A stretch of 63,072 bases of DNA, counting the filler, from Stramenopiles sp. TOSAG23-3 (lineage: Eukaryota): NCBI GenBank assembly GCA_900128585.1. It is 12 parts of 12 records of this genome, joined end to end, with 100 filler letters (N's around TTAATTAATTAA, not from the genome) between each part and the next. Parts side by side here need not be neighbours in the genome. Positions count along the whole stretch, not along the records: positions 1 to 5,180 come from LT643587.1; positions 5,281 to 10,457 come from LT643588.1; 10 more parts are not named here. One strand, 5' to 3'. The notes beneath the pieces are model-generated. The model made no database searches. It had not been told where the DNA came from and saw only the letters and a list, made by a program, of their open reading frames with translations. Below are positions 1-10,557 of the stretch, piece after piece. How positions within the stretch are numbered: position 1 is the first letter of the stretch; every line of letters starts with the position of its first letter. A program made the translations under genes and the position numbers.

Positions 1-55
1 TTCTACTATTTTATAATAACTTGAAGGAAGTTCAATAATAATCAAAAAAAAAAAA

Positions 56-1473
56 GTGGTGAAAAAGACGGGTGGGAAGAAAAAGGTGAGGCGGCGAAAA
101 AAGGCCGCCGCCGCTGCCCCAAAGAGCAAGTTCACGTTCCAGGCCTGGCCTGTGACAACCTCCTCCAGCGGCGAAAGTTCCGCGCCTTTGTCCGGACGAA
201 AGTTGGCAAGGGTGTCGAACCCCGCGAACGAAACGAACGACGAAGAATCAGGGGTGTCGGTTAAAATGAGCGACCTGGGCCTCCGAAACCAAGGGGCCAG
301 CGTCGCCGTCGCCGACTCCTTTGCTCGTGAGGCCTTTGGCCCCGGCCTCGACGACGTGGAAGAAAAGAAGGAGGACGCGGGGGAGCAAGGGACGGTCCCG
401 TTCCCCGAAACGCTACGCGCGGAGGAAAATCCCGCCACGCAGAAAACTGGAGCCGGCACAAGGAAACGGAGAAAGCTGAAGGCAAAGAAGAAGAAACGGC
501 CGGCTGCCTCTGGAACGTTGATGAAATGGAACCCTTCGATAGCAGTTGGTAAGTAACCCACGGACCTCTCCCTCCCTTCTACCACCCCAACCGCACATAC
601 TAACCCAAATCTAATCCATCAATAATCACCGCAGAAGACAAAGGGAACGACCAAATCAGCAACTGGAGCTCCGCATTTGGACCAATGAAGTACAAGCTCG
701 GAAAAGCAAAAGCAGCCATCCAAGTCTATCGAACCCAAATAGATGAAAAGGACAAAGAGAAGGGCAAGGTAGCCCGCAGGCTGTCGTCCGAGGAAAACGA
801 GCACGACTACACGCGCATGAAATTGCTCGCGCAGGAGTACTTGTTCGTAAAGTGTCTAGAAATGTGCAAAAAATTAGAGCTCGTCGGTCGCGCAGAGGGC
901 ATGGGAATGCCCGCAAGTGATCGTGCAGCGTATGCCGCCTTGAACGCCGAAGACGAGGTTCGGGCAGCCCTTCGCAAAACGTGCATCGGTGGCAGCGTCA
1001 AGGACGTCGTAAAATCTGCCGAAGTCGTGGCTGTGGACATCGTCGGCGCACTAGAGAAAACGATCGCGAGCAAGCAGGCGGACGTGGACGCCGCAAAGCG
1101 GTCGTACGATGAGCTCAACAAGCGATTGGAAGCGTCAGCACGGGAGAATCAGAACCTCACGAATTTGTTATCTCAAATGACAGGGGCCACAAAAGACTTA
1201 GAAGACCGCCTCGAGCAAGAAATGAACGAGAAGGACGCGTACTTTACAGAAATCAATGGCCTGAAGACTCAGATGGAGCGGATGGCGGAGGAGAACGCCA
1301 CGCTACGGAAGGCGCTGGGCGGGCAGTCCAAGGAACTGGAAAAATACGTCGATACCCTCGTCGAAAGCATCCGGAAACGATTCGGGTACGTTCCACCTCA
1401 GCTGAAGTTGACCGCATTTTTTGGCGCCCCAAGCTTTGCTCATTTGAGCAAAGAGTTCTGGAAGGAGCCATAA
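56..1473 (+). CDS. Two-exon gene (56-548 + 635-1473): basic N-terminus and C-terminal coiled coil, function unknown; start codon uncertain
   Basis: Removing intron 549-634 joins ORFs 56..556 and 685..1473 in frame (...SIAV-E-DKGNDQISNWSSAFGPMKYK...). The C-terminal half is heptad-like and E/K/L-rich. The 5' ORF opens at GTG 56; the first in-frame ATG is about 70 codons later. Confidence 0.8.
549..634 (+). other. Spliceosomal intron, 86 nt, phase 1
   Basis: Donor GTAAGT at 549, branch point TACTAAC at 598-604, acceptor CCGCAG ending at 634. Removal restores the frame. Confidence 0.92.
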
Positions 1474-2041
1474 GGTCAGGGCAGAGGGAGCAGAGGATAT
1501 GTGTAAAGGTTAAGAACCATGGCGTGGTCGCTGAGAGATATCAAGCGAGCAGAATAGCGGGAAGAAACATGAATGATCGTAATAAATCCTCGTTTAGTTT
1601 GACACCATATTGGACAGTACATGGGTGAAAAAAGAGAAACAAAAAGATAATTAAAAAAGTAAGAACAACAATATAAGCTTATCAATATTGGTCCACAACA
1701 CACTGCGCGCATGGTACATATTTTATATATTTTTTGTTAAAAATAATAAAAAAATCAGATGATGATGATGACGATGCCACAGCCCTCAGCCCTGAGCCGT
1801 TTCATTCATGAACCAAATACAATGCTGTGTTTATGTATAATATAATCCAAATCCATATTAGAGTATAAAAACAAAAACTATATAGCTATAGCAGGACAAC
1901 TCAATCTATACGAAATATAATTAATTCTTCCTATTATAAATAACTATAGTATACGATATATGTACTATTCAACATTCTACATTAATTTATACTTATTACT
2001 ATACTAATTATAGATAGAAGAAAATATGAAGAAGAAAATAT

Positions 2042-2149
2042 GAAGAAGAAAGAAGAAGAAGAAGAAGAAGAAGAAGAAGAAGAAGAAAGAAGAAGAGAGA
2101 GAGAGGAAAAAGAATAACCGTTACCACCACCACCGGCCGATAGATCTGA

Positions 2150-2192
<43 letters not shown>
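2042..2192. repeat. (AAG)n and (AAAG)n microsatellites
   Basis: Visible purine tracts. Similar tracts lie at about 4320-4368, 5302-5332, 10381-10457, 36741-36798 and 52669-52711, several at contig ends. Confidence 0.95.
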
Positions 2193-2193
<1 letters not shown>

Positions 2194-2520
2194 GAAAGAT
2201 GAAAAAAAAGAAGATAGAAAGAAGAAGATGAAAGTGAAAGTTTGAAATTTTTCGATAAAATAAGTTGATATTTGCTTATTCATCAATCATTTTCTTTCTC
2301 TCTCCCTTTATCCTTTTCTTTCTGTTGGTTTGTTGAAGAGGTATATTGAATCGGGGGGTTGTTGTAGTAGTTAGTGTGTATTGCGTACATTCGCCGGAGA
2401 CAGTGAGTTCACTTTGAGTTCTTTGGTGAGCAGGTGTGATATAGTGGGTCTGTAAGTGTGAACGTGCCTGCGTCTCCTTCTCTTTCCAGTCTTGACGAGG
2501 GTTGTTGTTTGTGGCTAATC

Positions 2521-3835
2521 ATGGCGGCAGCGAAAAAGTACGGAGAAGGGTCAGCGTTTTCACAGTCGTTAAAGGGCGTGAACTGGCGGTTCTTGAGGGA
2601 AGTCCCGGCCGAACCAACCGAGCCATTTTGGGCCAGCGGAAACAATGGAGGCTCATCACTCTCCCCACCAAACGCTGTCACACACGGCACTACGTTTAGG
2701 GGATCTCCGCGCGGCAGTTTCCCCAGCGGATTTGCCAACGACGAAGACGCGGAGAACTACAACAAGCAAAGGATGGAGAGGGTCCGCCAACTAGAAAGCG
2801 CTCTCACCCAGAGCGAGTTTCCTTCTCAGATTCTAAAGTACCTCGCCATTTCTGAAGAGGACGAAACGGACCGTTTGATGGAGCTTAGCGAGGAAAAATC
2901 AAGGCAGTGGGGCAGGGAGGACATGTCCTCGAGTGCCTTGCAAGCGAAACACCAGACCGACCTGCAGCAGGAAATAGAACAGCGCACGAACGTCGACCAC
3001 CTGTTTGACGACGACGATTTGGCGTACCCTGGGGCGATCGACGAGACCAAAATGGAGCTGAACGGGGAACAGAGGGAGGAGCGGGAGGTAGGCGTGTACA
3101 GCGAGGACGACGGCTCCGATTTCGAGTCCGACCACTCGCGCTCCCCGTCCCCGATTATAATCTGGAGACCGGCCGCGAGGGTAAAAGTTGCCACGGACGT
3201 CCCCCCGGAATTACTAGAAGACTTGCTCGAAGACGACGACAGCGAAGACGAGGTACCGCAGGCGGCGAAGAGGAACAGTTTCATAAAAAAAACCAATTCC
3301 CCAGCAGGAGGCGGCGAAAAAAGCCGTGCTAAAGAAAAGCAAACGCCTATCAACGTTTACAAGCTCTCACAAAACGAAAGAAAATCCGAAACGGCCCAAG
3401 CCCGTCAAGAAGAAGACGGACGGCACGAGGCGCCCGGACGTGCACAGGCCTCTTACAGACGCAGAGAAGCGAAAGAAGAAAGGGATCGATTTGAAGCGGA
3501 ACTATGGGGCTTGGTACATAAAACCGGAGCTGTGGAAAGATTGCGCGGAGGGAAAGGGCGAAAAGGTGCTGAAAACGAGAGAGGCAACGACGTCGGAGAC
3601 AGAGAAAATGCGCCAGGAAATGACCAAAGAATTGGACAACAACGCGAAGGAGCTGGAAAAGAAGATCCCAAAACTCTTCATTACGGACCAGTACCGAAAG
3701 TATCTGATGGCCCAGAACAAGCACGCCCATTCCGAAGCATTGCCTTTGCCGCACTATTTGCAGTACAACGAGGATGCGGCGGAGGCCAAAATTGCCGCCG
3801 CCTCCAAGACTAGTAGGAATAGGGGGGGCATATAA
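2521..3835 (+). CDS. Hypothetical protein whose frame switches by +1 near 3285-3305
   Basis: The frame from ATG 2521 is protein-like up to ...KRNSFIKK. The +1 frame then reads KPIPQQEAAKKAVLKKSKR...YGAWYIKPELWK...IPKLFITDQYRKYL...LPHYL to the stop at 3835. The +1 frame has a TAA just before the A8 run, so the switch lies in or after that run. Confidence 0.7.
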
Positions 3836-4481
3836 GCAACACGCCCCGTCGAAAAAGAACACTACCGACCGAAGGAAGAAAAAGTAACCCCCTCCCGCCC
3901 GCTTGATGGAGGAAATTGTCGACCATGTGTAAGAGTCTGTGTCCTCTCTAAGACCTAGCTTAAAAAAATAGCTTGCCCGTCTCCTCGTGACAGCAAAGAA
4001 AGAAAGAAAGCATGAGGAGGTATGTTCACAAATGTGTGTTGTAAATATATATTGCAGTAAGGATTCTTATTGAAAAAGAAAAATGAGATGATATATCTCT
4101 CAAAAATATTTCATTTTTTATTAATAAATTATATTATTTTATCACGAATATAATAATTACGAGGAGATTATTACGAGTAGGTAGTAGTAAATTATATATT
4201 AATACATACCTATATAATTTATGTATACAATACTACTAATAAATACAAGAATACCCATAAATAATGTTGTAGTATAAAGTATAAAATAAAGAAGAAGAAA
4301 TAGAAGAGAAGGAGGAGGAAGAAGAAGAAGAAGAAGAAGAAAGAAGAAGAAGAAGAAGAAAGAAGAAGCCCAACTTTGAAACTTTGATACCCACTGTTAA
4401 GAATCGGAATGGAAATGGAAAGGTCGTTCACACGGTAACATTGTGTTTTTTATGCATATGATATACGTATGCACCCTTTCT

Positions 4482-4631
4482 CAATAGTCGCAAATACTAG
4501 ATCATATAATTAAACTGCATACAATTAAGTCCCAAGTCCATATAAAATAAACACTCCAATAGTCGCAAATACTAGATCATATAATTAAACTGCATACAAT
4601 TAAGTCCCAAGTCCATATAAAATAAACACTC
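4482..4631 (+). repeat. Perfect 75-bp tandem duplication abutting a start codon
   Basis: CAATAGTCGCAAATACTAG...AAATAAACACTC occurs at 4482-4556 and 4557-4631. ATG follows at 4632. Confidence 0.97.
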
Positions 4632-5180
4632 ATGGGACAAGTCCACCCGCGTGGACCGAACGTGGTACGTCTTACCCAGAGGGGGGGCCGGCAAGAACTG
4701 CGAGTGCGGTGCACCTTACTTTGACGAGCATGAGATTGCGTCGGATGCGCGCTTGACGCAACTTTTCCCGAATCAAGAAATAATTCAGACTGTCCAAGCT
4801 GCAAACATTGCAATGAAAAAGGTCTATAAGAATATTCTCCCGGTTTTCATTTTCTTGATTATCATGGCTTCCGTTGTCCCGAACGTTCTGTTCAGAGTAT
4901 TGCCCGAGGCGGAGGGAGCCATGATTTGCCGTACTACAAAAGTTTGCCCGGTGCTGAACATATCGTTGGAAGATTCAGATAGCGGTTGCAACGATGGGTG
5001 TCAGATCAAATGCTGTCGGACACAAAAGTCCGCTCGTGTAAGGGAATGCTCGCCAGAGTTCGAAAAACGCAATGAGTACACTAAAAAGGTTCAGAGTGGG
5101 AAATCGGTCGAGTTCGGGGAGAAGTGCTGTCTCCCAGAGACCAGCAACAGAAATCAGCACCTAGACAACTGCAAGGATAC
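4632..5180 (+). CDS. 3'-partial membrane protein with a Cys-rich segment; needs a +1 shift at G7 (4681-4687) if ATG 4632 is the start
   Basis: ATG 4632 gives MGQVHPRGPNVVRLTQRG. Dropping one G continues into AGKNCECGAPYFDEHEI..., a hydrophobic helix ILPVFIFLIIMASVVPNVLF and a Cys-rich region running into the gap. An alternative start is ATG 4813. Confidence 0.6.
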
Positions 5181-5280
5181 NNNNNNNNNNNNNNNNNNNN
5201 NNNNNNNNNNNNNNNNNNNNNNNNTTAATTAATTAANNNNNNNNNNNNNNNNNNNNNNNNNNNNNNNNNNNNNNNNNNNN
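5181..5280. other. Artificial contig-joining linker (first of 11)
   Basis: 44 N + TTAATTAATTAA (stops in all six frames) + 44 N. The same linker occurs at 10458-10557, 15731-15830, 21001-21100, 26270-26369, 31536-31635, 36799-36898, 42058-42157, 47314-47413, 52569-52668 and 57822-57921. Contig lengths fall monotonically: 5180, 5177, 5173, 5170, 5169, 5166, 5163, 5159, 5156, 5155, 5153, 5151. Confidence 0.99.
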
Positions 5281-5786
5281 GAACAAGACGAAGACTAAAA
5301 TAAAAAGAAAGAAAGAAAGAAAGAAAGAAAGAACCCTATTCATAACATTAATATAATACACCCACTTACCACCTACTCCTCTTTACCTCTTCTTGTATAG
5401 TTTTGTTTTATTATTATTTATTATTATTTATTATTATTATTAATTACTCCAACCCTCCTCCGATTACCATTGTAATAGGAAGAAGAAGAAGAAGAAGAAG
5501 AAGGAGAAGAAGATCGATGGATTGATTGATTGATCAACGAACACAGAGATTCTTCATTTTAGATATATATCAAATTCATACATAACGAAGTATTGCAAAC
5601 ACAACAACAACAACAACAACAAATCAATAATCTAAGAATATCTTTTATTATTCAATATTTAAGTGTTCTGTGTGTGTGTGTGTATATATATATACATAAA
5701 CCAAGGAAGGCCTTCCGTTTTTGGTAGAAACAGAATAGGTAGAGAACCACCCCCACCGCGCCGGGCCTCCCTCCCTCCCTCGCACC

Positions 5787-8132
5787 ATGGTCTACCCGCC
5801 CTACCGCGCGTCGACGGCTTCGAGCGCCGCCCGGCCGCGTTACGGTAGCGGAAGCAGCAGGGTCCGCGGGGCTGCCCCGAAGCAGGGCACCATTCGGGTC
5901 AAAAAGGTGGCCAAGTCCAGGTACACGCCCCGGGCCGCGTCGAGGGCGTCGGCGAGGCCGGTCGCCAAGGCCGCCCCACGGGCCCGGGCCTCCTCCCGGG
6001 CCTCCTCCCGACGGCACCCCTCCTCCTCGAAGGTCCCCCAGTTCTCCCGCAACCGGAACAAGGGGATGACGAAGTCGACGACTGTTGGACAGTACGTCGT
6101 CAGCAAGTCCATAGGCCAGGGAACGTTCGGGAAGGTCAAGCTGGGGATCCACACCATGACGTCCGAAAAGGTCGCGATCAAAGTCCTGCAGAAGAGCAAG
6201 ATAAAGGAGGCCGCGGACGTGGAGCGCGTGTCCCGGGAGATCGCCATCTTGAAGAAGGTCAACCACGACCAGGTCGTCCGCCTCTTCGAGGTTATCGACA
6301 CCCCCCAGGCGATCTACCTGATAATGGAGTTCTGCGAGGGGGGCGAGCTCTTCGACTACATCGTCAAGCACACCCGGATCAAGGAGACCGTTGCCGTCAA
6401 ATTTTTTCACCAGATCATCGACGGGATCGACTACCTGCACAAGACCCACGTCATCCACCGCGACTTGAAGCCCGAGAACCTCCTCATGCAGCGAAGGCCC
6501 GAGGGGTGGCACATCAAGGTCGTCGACTTTGGCCTGTCCAACACGGACGAAGGAAACCGCCTCCTGAAGACCGCGTGCGGGAGCCCGTGCTACGCCGCGC
6601 CGGAGATGATCGCCGGGAAGAAGTACAAGGGGCCCCTCGCGGACCTGTGGAGCGTGGGCGTCATCCTGTTCGCCATGGTCTGCGGGTACCTGCCCTTCGA
6701 GGACAACAACACGTCGCAACTGTACAAAAAAATACTCCGCGGGGCATACAAAGCCCCAAAGTTCATCTCCCCCCAGGTCAACGACCTCATCGCCCGAATC
6801 TTGAACACGGACCCGAACCACCGGTACACCGTCGCAGACATCCGGCGGCACCCCTGGATGCTCCAGAGCGCGGCCGCCAACGTCCGGGCGAACAAGCGCG
6901 CGGCCAAGGCGTCGGCGCCCGCCGCAGAGGCCGCGGGCGGCGCCGCCCCGGCCAGCAAGCCCAAAAAGGTCGCCGTCGTCAGCGGCGCCGTAGGGGCCAC
7001 CGTGACGGGAAGGCGCGGGGAGGCGGCAACTGCCGACGGTCGCCGGGCCCGCGACGACGCGCTCGCGAGCATAGACGAGACCGTCCTGCGGCAAATGGCC
7101 GACCTCGGCTTCAACGCCGCCCAGGTCATCGACAGCCTGGCCACGGGGAAGCACAACCAGATCACGACGGCGTACCAGCTTCTGGTCACCCGGAAGAAGA
7201 AGATTGCGGCGGCCAAGAAGAAGCTGCAGGAGGAGACCTTGGCGAAGGAGAGGGCCGCGGCCGCGGAGAAGGCGCGGAAGCTGAAAGAGCTGCAGGACGC
7301 CCAGAAGGCCAACCTGAAGGTCGTCGTCAAGCCCACGAAGCCCTTGCCCGCAGAGGCCCGCAGCGCAAAGTCCAGCGCGGTGCGGACCCCCACCAACCCC
7401 GTGAAGGCGGCCCCACCGCAGCGGCCCAAGGCGGGCCCGGCCGCGGGCTCCCCGAACCGTGTCAATAGTAATAGTATCAGCGGTGGCGCGCCCGGCAGCA
7501 ACCCCGCCGGCCGCGGGGGGCGGCGCATCGTCGGAGCGGCCCCGAAGCAAACGGGGGGGGTCCGCCCGGCCCCGCCCACCTCCAAGCCGCCGGCCAAGGA
7601 TTCGAAGGCCAAGTCGGTCGCGACGGCGGTCACTGGGACGTTGAAGCCCATCGCAGCCGGGTTCGGCGCAGCCCCGTCCCCCAAAGCCGCCGAGAAAGGG
7701 GCGAGGCCGTCCCCGCCGCCGGCGCGCCCGCCCCGCGTCGACGCGGGCGCGGCGAAGCAGGACAAGGTCAGCGCGCCGTCGTCCACGGGCCCGCAGGGCA
7801 AGGCCTACCCTACTGGGACGAGCACGAGCCCCGACCGCGAGGCCAATTTGAAGACGTTCCACGGGGTCTTCGACCCCCTGCACACGTCCACGAAAGACCC
7901 GACCGACATCTTTGGGGACATGAAGCGCGTCCTGGCGCTGAACCGGATTCCGTTCGCGGCGACCGGGGCCTACGCCATAACGTGCCAATCGAACGATTGT
8001 AGGTGGAAACTAGAAGTTTGTAAGCTGGAAGACGTGAAAAAGGTCTACGTTGTTCGTAGGCAGCGACTCGCGGGGGAAACGTACGCTTACGAAGTCATGA
8101 GCAAGCGAGTGATGGAGCAACTTCGGCTGTGA
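5787..8132 (+). CDS. SNF1/AMPK/MARK-related (CAMKL) Ser/Thr kinase with UBA-like and KA1 domains
   Basis: Kinase motifs GQGTFGKV, VAIK, HRDLKPEN, DFGLSN and TACGSPCYAAPE. UBA-like IDETVLRQMADLGF...HNQITTAYQLL. KA1-like C-terminus LEVCKL...RRQRLAGETYAY...EQLRL. Confidence 0.95.
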   Translation: MVYPPYRASTASSAARPRYGSGSSRVRGAAPKQGTIRVKKVAKSRYTPRAASRASARPVAKAAPRARASSRASSRRHPSSSKVPQFSRNRNKGMTKSTTVGQYVVSKSIGQGTFGKVKLGIHTMTSEKVAIKVLQKSKIKEAADVERVSREIAILKKVNHDQVVRLFEVIDTPQAIYLIMEFCEGGELFDYIVKHTRIKETVAVKFFHQIIDGIDYLHKTHVIHRDLKPENLLMQRRPEGWHIKVVDFGLSNTDEGNRLLKTACGSPCYAAPEMIAGKKYKGPLADLWSVGVILFAMVCGYLPFEDNNTSQLYKKILRGAYKAPKFISPQVNDLIARILNTDPNHRYTVADIRRHPWMLQSAAANVRANKRAAKASAPAAEAAGGAAPASKPKKVAVVSGAVGATVTGRRGEAATADGRRARDDALASIDETVLRQMADLGFNAAQVIDSLATGKHNQITTAYQLLVTRKKKIAAAKKKLQEETLAKERAAAAEKARKLKELQDAQKANLKVVVKPTKPLPAEARSAKSSAVRTPTNPVKAAPPQRPKAGPAAGSPNRVNSNSISGGAPGSNPAGRGGRRIVGAAPKQTGGVRPAPPTSKPPAKDSKAKSVATAVTGTLKPIAAGFGAAPSPKAAEKGARPSPPPARPPRVDAGAAKQDKVSAPSSTGPQGKAYPTGTSTSPDREANLKTFHGVFDPLHTSTKDPTDIFGDMKRVLALNRIPFAATGAYAITCQSNDCRWKLEVCKLEDVKKVYVVRRQRLAGETYAYEVMSKRVMEQLRL

Positions 8133-8678
8133 GAGGACGGGGGGCGCAGACAGAGACCCGCTCCTCCCTGCTCGGTAAAAGCGGCGGCGAACTGCGTTGT
8201 TTAAGAACGTGTGCGCGTTTGGATAAAATGTACTTCGTATTTTCGTAAGAGCAAAGCCAAAATATGTATGTTGCTCATTTTAGATATTATTAAATTTCGA
8301 ACACAACCAGACGAGATGGTATGATACGCGAAGTTTTGAAGATTATGATTGGGAACTGGGTCGAATGATACGATATCGTAGGAACGACAAAGGGGGTACC
8401 GACCGACTTTAAGTGATATGAATTTTAGCAGTTGCAAATTACATCAGTTCTACAATTGGGATAATCTTGAGAGTCTTAAAACATACTATATCATTAGTTT
8501 TTTTTTTAATTTCGAAATTGTACACAAATATGTGTTTGTTTTACTCCAGGGATATCTTTAATAATGATATTCATTAAAACTGAAAGTGCACACACATCCC
8601 CTCCCCCCCACACACACACACACACACTTTTTTACATGCTTGTTTTCTCCCGTGGCACCGCCGGCCCTTCGTGCGGCT

Positions 8679-9923
8679 TTACACGCCAATGCTCTGCTCG
8701 TAGTTTGGCATTCTAACGTGTTTTGGGATTTCCGAGCCCCCCTTTCCGTCCGTCCACACGTCGGTGAACAGCTCTTCCATCGCGGGCTCGGACCCGGCCT
8801 TGGCCTTCTTCGCCGCCGCGTTGACTTCCTTGGTCACCTCCTTGGCCATGGCCTTCAGCTCTGCCTCCTCGGCAAACCCGGCTTCGATAAGGTAGCGCTT
8901 TACTGTCTCGATCGGGTCCCGGCTCCCGCGAACGTCCCCGATTTCGGTTCTATCGCGGTACGTGGTCCCCGGGTCCGACATGGAGTGGCCGTGGTACCGG
9001 TACGTGTTCAGCTCGACGTAAATCGGGCCGTTCCCTTCCCCGCAGTACTGCTTGACGTACTTGAAGCATTCCCGGACGGCCAGGTAGTCCATCCCGTCGC
9101 AGCGAATGCCTGGGATGGCGACGCCGCCCTGCTTGAAGTAGTCGGTGATGGAGGAGTGCCTGTCGACGGAGGTCCCCATCCCGTACTTGTTGTTCTCGCA
9201 CACCAGGACGGTCGGAAGGCCCCACAGCTTGGACATGTTGGCGGCCTCCCAGTTCTGCCCTTGGTTGGCGGCCCCGTCCCCGTACAGGGTCACCCCGACG
9301 TTCATCAGCTCGCCCTCTTTCTGTTTGTACTTGGCGGCGAACGCGAGGCCGGCCCCCAACGGGACCTGGGCCCCCACGATCCCTGCGCCCCCGTAAAAGT
9401 TGGTCTCTTTATTGTACAAATGCATGGACCCGCCCTTCCCCCCGGAGCAGCCCTCTTTGAAGCCGAACATTTCGGCCAAAATTCCCTCCACGGTGCCGCC
9501 GCGGACGAGCTGGTGCCCGTGGCACCGGTAGGTGCCGATTAGGGCGTCGTCGTCAGTCAGGGCGGCGCCGAGGCCGGACGCAATGGCCTCCTGCCCGTCG
9601 TACAGGTGGCAGAATCCACGTATGTACTGCTCCTTGTAGAGCTTGTCGGAGGTCAACTCCATCCTACGTATGGTGAGCATCTCCCTCAGGGCGTGCATAA
9701 GCTCTTCCCTGGTGGCGGTGGGCTTCTCGTTGGGCATCTCGCACGGATTCTCGCAGTTTCCGAGCTCGAATGGATCGTTGTGGACTTCGAATTTTCCCGA
9801 GATGTCGTAGGTGTGCTCCGCCGAGGCCACGGCGTTGGAGGACGTGAACGTCCTGAGCGCAGCAGCGGAGAACACGGCGCCCTGCCGACGGGCGGCAAGG
9901 TTGGTAACTTGGCGAAGGAACAT
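8679..9923 (-). CDS. PDHA1: Mitochondrial pyruvate dehydrogenase E1 alpha subunit
   Basis: IRGFCHLYDGQEA, GKGGSMH, TPP-binding GDGAANQGQ...CENN and phospho-loop YRYHGHSMSDPG. Arg/Ala-rich transit peptide from ATG 9923 (MFLRQVTNLAARR). Confidence 0.97.
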   Translation of the reverse strand: MFLRQVTNLAARRQGAVFSAAALRTFTSSNAVASAEHTYDISGKFEVHNDPFELGNCENPCEMPNEKPTATREELMHALREMLTIRRMELTSDKLYKEQYIRGFCHLYDGQEAIASGLGAALTDDDALIGTYRCHGHQLVRGGTVEGILAEMFGFKEGCSGGKGGSMHLYNKETNFYGGAGIVGAQVPLGAGLAFAAKYKQKEGELMNVGVTLYGDGAANQGQNWEAANMSKLWGLPTVLVCENNKYGMGTSVDRHSSITDYFKQGGVAIPGIRCDGMDYLAVRECFKYVKQYCGEGNGPIYVELNTYRYHGHSMSDPGTTYRDRTEIGDVRGSRDPIETVKRYLIEAGFAEEAELKAMAKEVTKEVNAAAKKAKAGSEPAMEELFTDVWTDGKGGSEIPKHVRMPNYEQSIGV

Positions 9924-10389
9924 TTGGGTAGGACGTTGTATGTCGTCGTTCAACTTTTTTTTGTCTTTGGAGAGAGGAAGATTGATTGATAGACAGATAC
10001 GTATATCAGTGGTGTGAGATTAAAAACAGTTACACAATATTGATGAACCCTTTCATTCCTAGCGTTGTTAAGAGGTAGAAAGAACCGTGTATTCTTTTAT
10101 CGGTGACTATGCATGTGGGAACTAATACTAAATAATCTAAATAATAATTAAATGGTTTGAGAGAGAAGGAAGAAGAAGAAAAGAAGAATGAATGAATGGC
10201 TTCTTCTCTTCTTTCGTTATTTACATACTATGAACATTATTATATCATATATATAATTGTATATTATATAATTATAATATGTATTAAACATTATTATTAT
10301 TAGAAATACGCAGATGAAATCGAAGTGATGACGAGGTCAAATTAAGAATAAAATATAGAATAGAATGTAATATAGAATAGAAAGAAAGA

Positions 10390-10457
<68 letters not shown>

Positions 10458-10557
10458 NNNNNNNNNNNNNNNNNNNNNNNNNNNNNNNNNNNNNNNNNNN
10501 NTTAATTAATTAANNNNNNNNNNNNNNNNNNNNNNNNNNNNNNNNNNNNNNNNNNNN

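Noticed and set aside
2008..2286. Phe/Leu/Ser-rich short ORFs (also 4219-4431, 47047-47256, 54319-54612)
   Set aside because: Translations of microsatellites and AT-rich spacers.
5652..7988. 778-aa, 403-aa and 320-aa ORFs overlapping the kinase
   Set aside because: Shadow ORFs of a very GC-rich gene, with no recognisable motifs.
8266..8283. 18-nt GT...AG micro-intron (also a 15-nt GTACGT...CCAG at 4665-4679)
   Set aside because: Neither restores a convincing gene, and the verified introns are 85-99 nt with branch points.
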